Shown: positions 59,203 through 64,000 of the stretch, piece by piece
How the letters are laid out: each line of letters begins with the position of its first letter
Position numbering within the stretch: the first letter of the stretch is position 1
Assembly: GCA_016929905.1 (NCBI GenBank)
Contig: JAFGHX010000175.1
Span: 15,358 to 79,357 of the forward strand
Direction of reading: 5' to 3'
Source: Kiritimatiellia bacterium
GTDB lineage: Bacteria > Verrucomicrobiota > Kiritimatiellia > JAFGHX01
Length of the DNA: 64,000 nucleotides
The notes under the pieces: generated by a model
What the model saw: only the letters and a program-made list of their open reading frames with translations
Databases searched by the model: none
What the model was told of the DNA's origin: nothing
Position numbers and translations under genes: made by a program

Positions 59203-60681
59203 ATGCACATACTGATCGTGGTTGATGACCCACGTTCGTGGAAACTTCGCATTCCCGATGTCGAGGTTCTGTCGGCCCGCACCTACCTGACCGACCCGCG
59301 TTATACCCAGTTGCGTTCCGCGCGCGTGATCAACCTGTGCCGCTCCTATCGCTATCAGAGCCTCGGCTACTACGTCTCACTGCTGGCCGCGGCCCGCAAA
59401 CACAAGCCGATGCCCGAAACAACGACGGTGCAGGACCTGAAGTCTCAGACGATCATCCGCGTGGCATCGGACGAACTGGACGAGTTGATTCAGACCAGCC
59501 TGTCCAGCATCCGGTCGGCCAAGTTCATGCTAAGCATCTACTTCGGCCGGAACCTGGCCAAGCGGCACGAGCGGCTGAGCCAACACCTGTTCGCGCTGTT
59601 TCACACCCCGCTGCTGCGCGCCTATTTCACGCACAGCGAGAAGAAGCAGCGCTGGTTCCTGCAGAATGTCGAGCCCATTTCCACGCAGGATATCCCCGAA
59701 TCACACCATGATTTCGTCGTCGAGGCGGCGCGCAAGTACCTTGCCGGCCGCTGGGGACGGGCCCCGGGCGCCAAGCGCTCGCGCTACGATCTGGCGATCC
59801 TGGTTTCGCCGACCGAACAGGAGCCGCCCTCCGACAAGAAGGCTCTGCAGCGTTTCGCGCGCGCGGCGGAATCGATGGGGTTGAGCACGGAGTTCATTGA
59901 GAAAGAGGACTTCGGGCGGCTCGGCGAATTCGACGGGCTGTTCATCCGCGAGACGACCAGCGTGAATCACCATACCTACCGCTTCGCGCAGCGTGCCAAC
60001 GCGCAGGGGCTCATGGTGGTCGACGACCCGGAATCCATCTTGCGCTGCGCGAACAAAGTCTTCCTCGCCGAGCTCATGCAGCGCCATCACGTGCAGACGC
60101 CGCGCACCATGATCGTGCACCGGGACAACGCCGCGCGCGTCGCGGACACGATCGGGCTGCCTTGCGTGCTGAAGGAGCCGGACAACGCCTTCTCGCGCGG
60201 CGTCGTGAAAGCGGCCACCCAAGCGGAGCTGACGGCGGCGCTCAGCCGCATTCTGAACAAGTCGGAGATGGTGATTGCCCAGGAATTCCTGCCTACCCCC
60301 TTCGACTGGCGGATCGGCGTTTTCGACCGGCAGCCGCTCTACGCCTGCAAGTACTTCATGGCCAGGCAGCACTGGCAGATTCTGAAGCGGGACGCGAACG
60401 GGATCAAGCAGGCGGAGGGCAAATGGGAGACGCTTCCGGTGGAACATGCGCCCACCGCGGTTCTGCGCGTGGCCTTGCGTGCCGCCAACCTGATCGGGGA
60501 CGGCTTCTACGGCGTGGATCTCAAGCAGGTCGGCGACGAGGTCTACGTGATCGAAGTGAACGACAACCCCAGCATCGAAGCCGGGGTGGAAGACCAGGTG
60601 TTGAAGATGGAACTGTACCTACGCATTATGCGCGTGTTTCTCCGCCGCATCGAAGACCGCAAGAAAGGCGTCTACGTATGA
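59203..60681 (+). CDS. RimK-like ATP-grasp ligase with N-terminal RLAN domain
   Basis: VINLCRSYRYQSLGYYVSLLAAAR; LFIRETT, VLKEPD, QEFLPTPFDWRIGV, GVDLKQ, IEVNDNP. Confidence 0.9.
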   Translation: MHILIVVDDPRSWKLRIPDVEVLSARTYLTDPRYTQLRSARVINLCRSYRYQSLGYYVSLLAAARKHKPMPETTTVQDLKSQTIIRVASDELDELIQTSLSSIRSAKFMLSIYFGRNLAKRHERLSQHLFALFHTPLLRAYFTHSEKKQRWFLQNVEPISTQDIPESHHDFVVEAARKYLAGRWGRAPGAKRSRYDLAILVSPTEQEPPSDKKALQRFARAAESMGLSTEFIEKEDFGRLGEFDGLFIRETTSVNHHTYRFAQRANAQGLMVVDDPESILRCANKVFLAELMQRHHVQTPRTMIVHRDNAARVADTIGLPCVLKEPDNAFSRGVVKAATQAELTAALSRILNKSEMVIAQEFLPTPFDWRIGVFDRQPLYACKYFMARQHWQILKRDANGIKQAEGKWETLPVEHAPTAVLRVALRAANLIGDGFYGVDLKQVGDEVYVIEVNDNPSIEAGVEDQVLKMELYLRIMRVFLRRIEDRKKGVYV

Positions 60682-61997
60682 GCCCCCGCGGCCGGCTCGG
60701 CCTGTTCGAAGGGTGCGGCGTCGAACTGGAATACATGATCGTCGACCGCGAAACCCTCGACGTGCGCCCGCTGGCCGACGAACTGCTGCGCGACGCCGCG
60801 GGCCGTATCGTGCAGGAGGCGCGCCGGGGACGGCTGCGCTGGTCCAACGAGCTGGTGCTGCACGTCATCGAACTGAAGACGCACGGGCCGACCCGCTCGC
60901 TGGCCGGTCTGGCGGCGGCGTTCGGCGGCGAGATTCGCCGGATTCACGAGCTGCTCGAACCGCACAGCGCCATGCTGATGCCGACGGGCATGCACCCGTG
61001 GATGGACCCGCTGCGCGAGACGCGGTTGTGGCCGCACGGCAACCGGGCGATCTACGAGGCGTACGACCGCATCTTCGGCTGCGCCGGGCACGGGTGGAGC
61101 AATCTGCAAAGCATCCATCTCAATCTCCCGTTCCGCGGCGACGAACAGTTCGGGCGGCTTCACGCCGCCGTGCGGCTGGTGCTCCCGATCCTCCCGGCGC
61201 TTGCCGCCTCGACGCCCGTCGTGGAAGGCCGGCTCACCGGGCTGATGGACAACCGCCTGGAGGTCTACCGCCGGAACCAGGCGAAGATCCCGTCCGTCGC
61301 CGGCCGCGTGATTCCGGAACCGGTCTTCTCGCGGCAGGCCTACCGCCGCAACGTCCTGCACCCGATGTACCGCGACATCGCTCCGCACGACAGCGGCGGG
61401 CTGCTGCAGGAAGAGTGGCTCAATTCGCGCGGCGCCATTGCGCGGTTCGACCGCCACACCATCGAGATCCGCCTGCTCGACGTGCAGGAAACGCCGGCGG
61501 CGGACGTCGCCATCGTGGCGGCGGTGCTCGGAACCCTACGCCTGCTGGTCCGGGAGCGGTGGGCCTGCTGGGCGGAACAATGCGCATGGGAAATCGACCC
61601 GCTGGAACAGATCTTCCTGGCGACGCTGCGCGACGGCGACGCCGCCCGGCTCGACAACGAACGGTACCTGGCCGCCTTCGGGGTCGACCGGGCGCCTTGC
61701 TCCGCCGGCCGGCTCTGGGCACACCTGATCGAGGCCGTCCTGGAAACCGACCCGGAGGCCCGCGAATACCGGCATGCGCTGGAACACATTCTCGAGCGGG
61801 GCGTCCTCGCCCGGCGCCTGACCCGCGCCCTGGCCGACGGCGTCGACCGCGCGCGGCTGGCCGCGGTCTACAGAGACGTGTGCGACTGTCTGCTCAACGG
61901 ACGCCTCTTCACGGGTGCGGCGGAGACACCGGCGCCGGCGCACCGTCCTGCGCCCGGTCGCCGGGCTCGAGGATCAGAAGGTTCGCGTCGTAGGTGA
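60678..61997 (+). CDS. Glutamate-cysteine ligase family 2 (GCS2) carboxylate-amine ligase
   Basis: GVELEYMIVD, NELVLHVIELK, PTGMHPW, NLQSIHLNL, NSRGAIARFDRHTIEIRLLD; ATGA coupling to RimK. Confidence 0.88.
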   Translation: MSPRGRLGLFEGCGVELEYMIVDRETLDVRPLADELLRDAAGRIVQEARRGRLRWSNELVLHVIELKTHGPTRSLAGLAAAFGGEIRRIHELLEPHSAMLMPTGMHPWMDPLRETRLWPHGNRAIYEAYDRIFGCAGHGWSNLQSIHLNLPFRGDEQFGRLHAAVRLVLPILPALAASTPVVEGRLTGLMDNRLEVYRRNQAKIPSVAGRVIPEPVFSRQAYRRNVLHPMYRDIAPHDSGGLLQEEWLNSRGAIARFDRHTIEIRLLDVQETPAADVAIVAAVLGTLRLLVRERWACWAEQCAWEIDPLEQIFLATLRDGDAARLDNERYLAAFGVDRAPCSAGRLWAHLIEAVLETDPEAREYRHALEHILERGVLARRLTRALADGVDRARLAAVYRDVCDCLLNGRLFTGAAETPAPAHRPAPGRRARGSEGSRRR

Positions 61998-62658
61998 GCA
62001 CCCCGAGCAGGATCGCATCGATCAGCCGGTTCACCCCGACGACGTACTGCTGCGTGGGGGCAACGGGGTTCGGCACGAACGGATCGGCCACCAGCACCGT
62101 CCGCGTGGAGCGGTCGTATCCGCACAGCACCACGAAGTGGCCGACCGGCTCGCCCCCGATGTCGTCCGCCTCCCCCGCCTGCCCTTCCCGGGCCGTGCGG
62201 TACAGGTAGGTCGCACTCAGGCCGGTGATGATCGGAACCCGCCTGCGCAGGAACCGGTGGATCAGGCCGGGCCTGAGATCGGCAAAACGCACGACGCCGC
62301 CGCGGGCCAAGAACTCCAGGTACGCGCGTGTCGTGCGGTGCAGCTTGCGACTGCGTTTCACCGCCATCTGTTCCTGCAGCTTCGCCCGTTGTTCCTCGCT
62401 TGTCAGGCCATTCAGCCACGTCGGGTCGAACAACGTCAGGTTGTACGTGTAGATCGTCGCGCGGTAGCCGTACCGAAGCGCATGGCACGCAATAAACACG
62501 GCCGCCGTGCCGCCCCCCTCGTACCCGCGCACTTCCCAACGCAGCAGATCGAGCTCCGTCTCGTGCCCGTAGTACGCGTACACCGCATGCAGGCACGTCG
62601 GACCGCACGATACGGCGTCGGGTTGCGGCAACATGACCAGCGGCAGTTGGTATTCCAT
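61909..62658 (-). CDS. Papain-like C39-type cysteine peptidase
   Basis: QPDAVSCGPTCL, GHFVVLCGYD, VADP; GGGGAGG RBS; no signal peptide. Confidence 0.85.
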   Translation of the reverse strand: MEYQLPLVMLPQPDAVSCGPTCLHAVYAYYGHETELDLLRWEVRGYEGGGTAAVFIACHALRYGYRATIYTYNLTLFDPTWLNGLTSEEQRAKLQEQMAVKRSRKLHRTTRAYLEFLARGGVVRFADLRPGLIHRFLRRRVPIITGLSATYLYRTAREGQAGEADDIGGEPVGHFVVLCGYDRSTRTVLVADPFVPNPVAPTQQYVVGVNRLIDAILLGVLTYDANLLILEPGDRAQDGAPAPVSPPHP

Positions 62659-62926
62659 CCTGACCCCTCCCCCCCTCCCAACGTTTTTCGCCGGCGACCG
62701 CTCGCAGACCGAGCACCGCGCCGAATTGTGGGGCTATTCTAGCATACCCGCGCGCAAATTGGCAGCCGCAATCGATTTCGCTTGCATCAGGACGCCGCAA
62801 CAGGCAATGGTTGTCTCTCCGCCGCAAGGATCTTGCGGAGGAAACGAACACGGCCCGGGCCGAATCCGGCCCGGGAAAGGCCGGGCTGGCGCAAGACGGC
62901 CGGATTCGCGTACACCGGGGGCCACT

Positions 62927-63421
62927 ATGTTCCGACACGTTCTCACGGGCACCGCTGTGCTGGGCCTGGCCCTGACCGCAGGCTGCGGCAGGCGCGCTGA
63001 GGAACAGCGCACCGGCGAGGCGCCTGCGAACAGAACCGTACGGCAGCCGGCAGTCGCCCCCGCCAAGGAACATGTCTCGATCCGATCCAAGAACGGCGAA
63101 TTCACCCTGACCGCCGGCGAGGCCGTTCAGATCCCGGCCGGCTTTCCCAAGGACGTCCTGATCTATGGCGGCGCCAAGATCGAACTAGCTACCCGCGCCC
63201 CGAAAGGCTACACGATCTCACTGCGCACGCCCGACGCCGTCGAAACCGTCACCGCCGCTTACAAGACGGCCATGATCCGGGAGCATTGGCGGCAGGACAC
63301 GGCCGGAGTCCTTGGCGGACAGGCCATTCTCTGCTACAAGAAGCCCGGCCGTACCACCAGTATCGTCATCGCGCTTGCCGGCGATGACACGCAGATCATG
63401 CTGACGGTCGTGGCGCCGTGA
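62927..63421 (+). CDS. Putative lipoprotein
   Basis: MFRHVLTGTAVLGLALTAGC lipobox; IPAGFPKDV motif. Confidence 0.7.
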   Translation: MFRHVLTGTAVLGLALTAGCGRRAEEQRTGEAPANRTVRQPAVAPAKEHVSIRSKNGEFTLTAGEAVQIPAGFPKDVLIYGGAKIELATRAPKGYTISLRTPDAVETVTAAYKTAMIREHWRQDTAGVLGGQAILCYKKPGRTTSIVIALAGDDTQIMLTVVAP

Positions 63422-63539
63422 CCCCCGGCCGCCAGCCGGCAACGCGCCGGCGAGGATTGACTTCACCGCCGGCGCCGCGCACAATACCCAATCGTGATTT
63501 GCAGGCTGCAACCTTGGCCCGAACAGGAGGAACGTGAAG

Positions 63540-64000
63540 ATGAGCCCGGCGAAACGGAACACACCGCCCGCCTACCCTTGGCCGCGAAACGTCGAGTGCC
63601 TGCCCGGCCGCTTCGCCCTGCGCCGGACGGAGGGGATCCGGTCGCCCGCCGCCCATGACGATGTCGTCGCCATTTTCCGCGACGACCTGGCCGCCCGGCA
63701 CGGCATTCGGATCGCGCCGTCGACGCGCGGGCGGATCGCCGTCAAACGCTCCAGCGCCGTGGCGGCGGAAGGCTACGTCCTGGACGTACGCCCGGACCAG
63801 ATTTCGCTGCGCCATCGCGACCGTGCCGGGCTCTTGTACGGCTTGGACACGCTCCTGTCCCTGATCCGGCGCGAAGGCAGCCGCGCGGTCATCCCCGCCT
63901 GCCGGATCGAAGACGCGCCGTACAAGCCGATCCGCGGCATCCACCTGTACATGCCCTCGCGCGACCATATCGGCTTCTTCAAGAACCTGCTCCGGTTCCT
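63540..64000 (+). CDS. GH20-like glycoside hydrolase, N-terminal part (runs off window)
   Basis: Manual translation: YPWPR..AEGYVLDV..AGLLYGLDTLLSL..IPACRIEDAP..RGIHLY; AGGAGG RBS; alternative GTG 63534. Confidence 0.82.
   Translation, partial: MSPAKRNTPPAYPWPRNVECLPGRFALRRTEGIRSPAAHDDVVAIFRDDLAARHGIRIAPSTRGRIAVKRSSAVAAEGYVLDVRPDQISLRHRDRAGLLYGLDTLLSLIRREGSRAVIPACRIEDAPYKPIRGIHLYMPSRDHIGFFKNLLRF

Noticed and set aside
20709-62658. Functional link between GDH and the glutamate ligase cluster
   Set aside because: They are about 37 kb apart with unrelated genes between; no sequence evidence of co-regulation

Overview
High-GC bacterial chromosomal segment (about two-thirds GC by eye). It is probably from a PVC-superphylum polysaccharide degrader; this is inferred from a double-length UvrA, a PEP-CTERM/exosortase system and an FG-GAP-type repeat remnant of the kind common in Kiritimatiellia-like genomes. 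Bases 1-48.7 kb are a mosaic of carbohydrate and small-molecule catabolic genes: GH38, PMI, GH20, GH4, several clan GH-A-like proteins, a beta-helix protein, a DUF4038-like protein, oxidoreductases and amidohydrolases, with 3 AraC, 1 LacI and 2 GntR-type regulators. This part also holds a glutamate dehydrogenase convergent with a KaiC-like/PPDK-N protein, an AAA_14 ATPase and an orphan MEDS-PAS kinase. Then follow a four-ABC-module uvrA, a VIT/PEP-CTERM + exosortase (XrtQ-like) + accessory operon, a RimK(RLAN)/GCS2/C39-peptidase cluster, a lipoprotein and a GH20 cut by the window edge. Best candidates for undescribed biology: the two-ligase/one-peptidase cluster, the GDH-linked dikinase-like protein, the dedicated VIT sorting system, a FadR-controlled catabolic locus with a non-canonical FAH protein, and symmetric short-repeat intergenic elements. 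No rRNA, tRNA, CRISPR array or transposase was seen. All family calls come from recognising motifs by eye; no searches were run.
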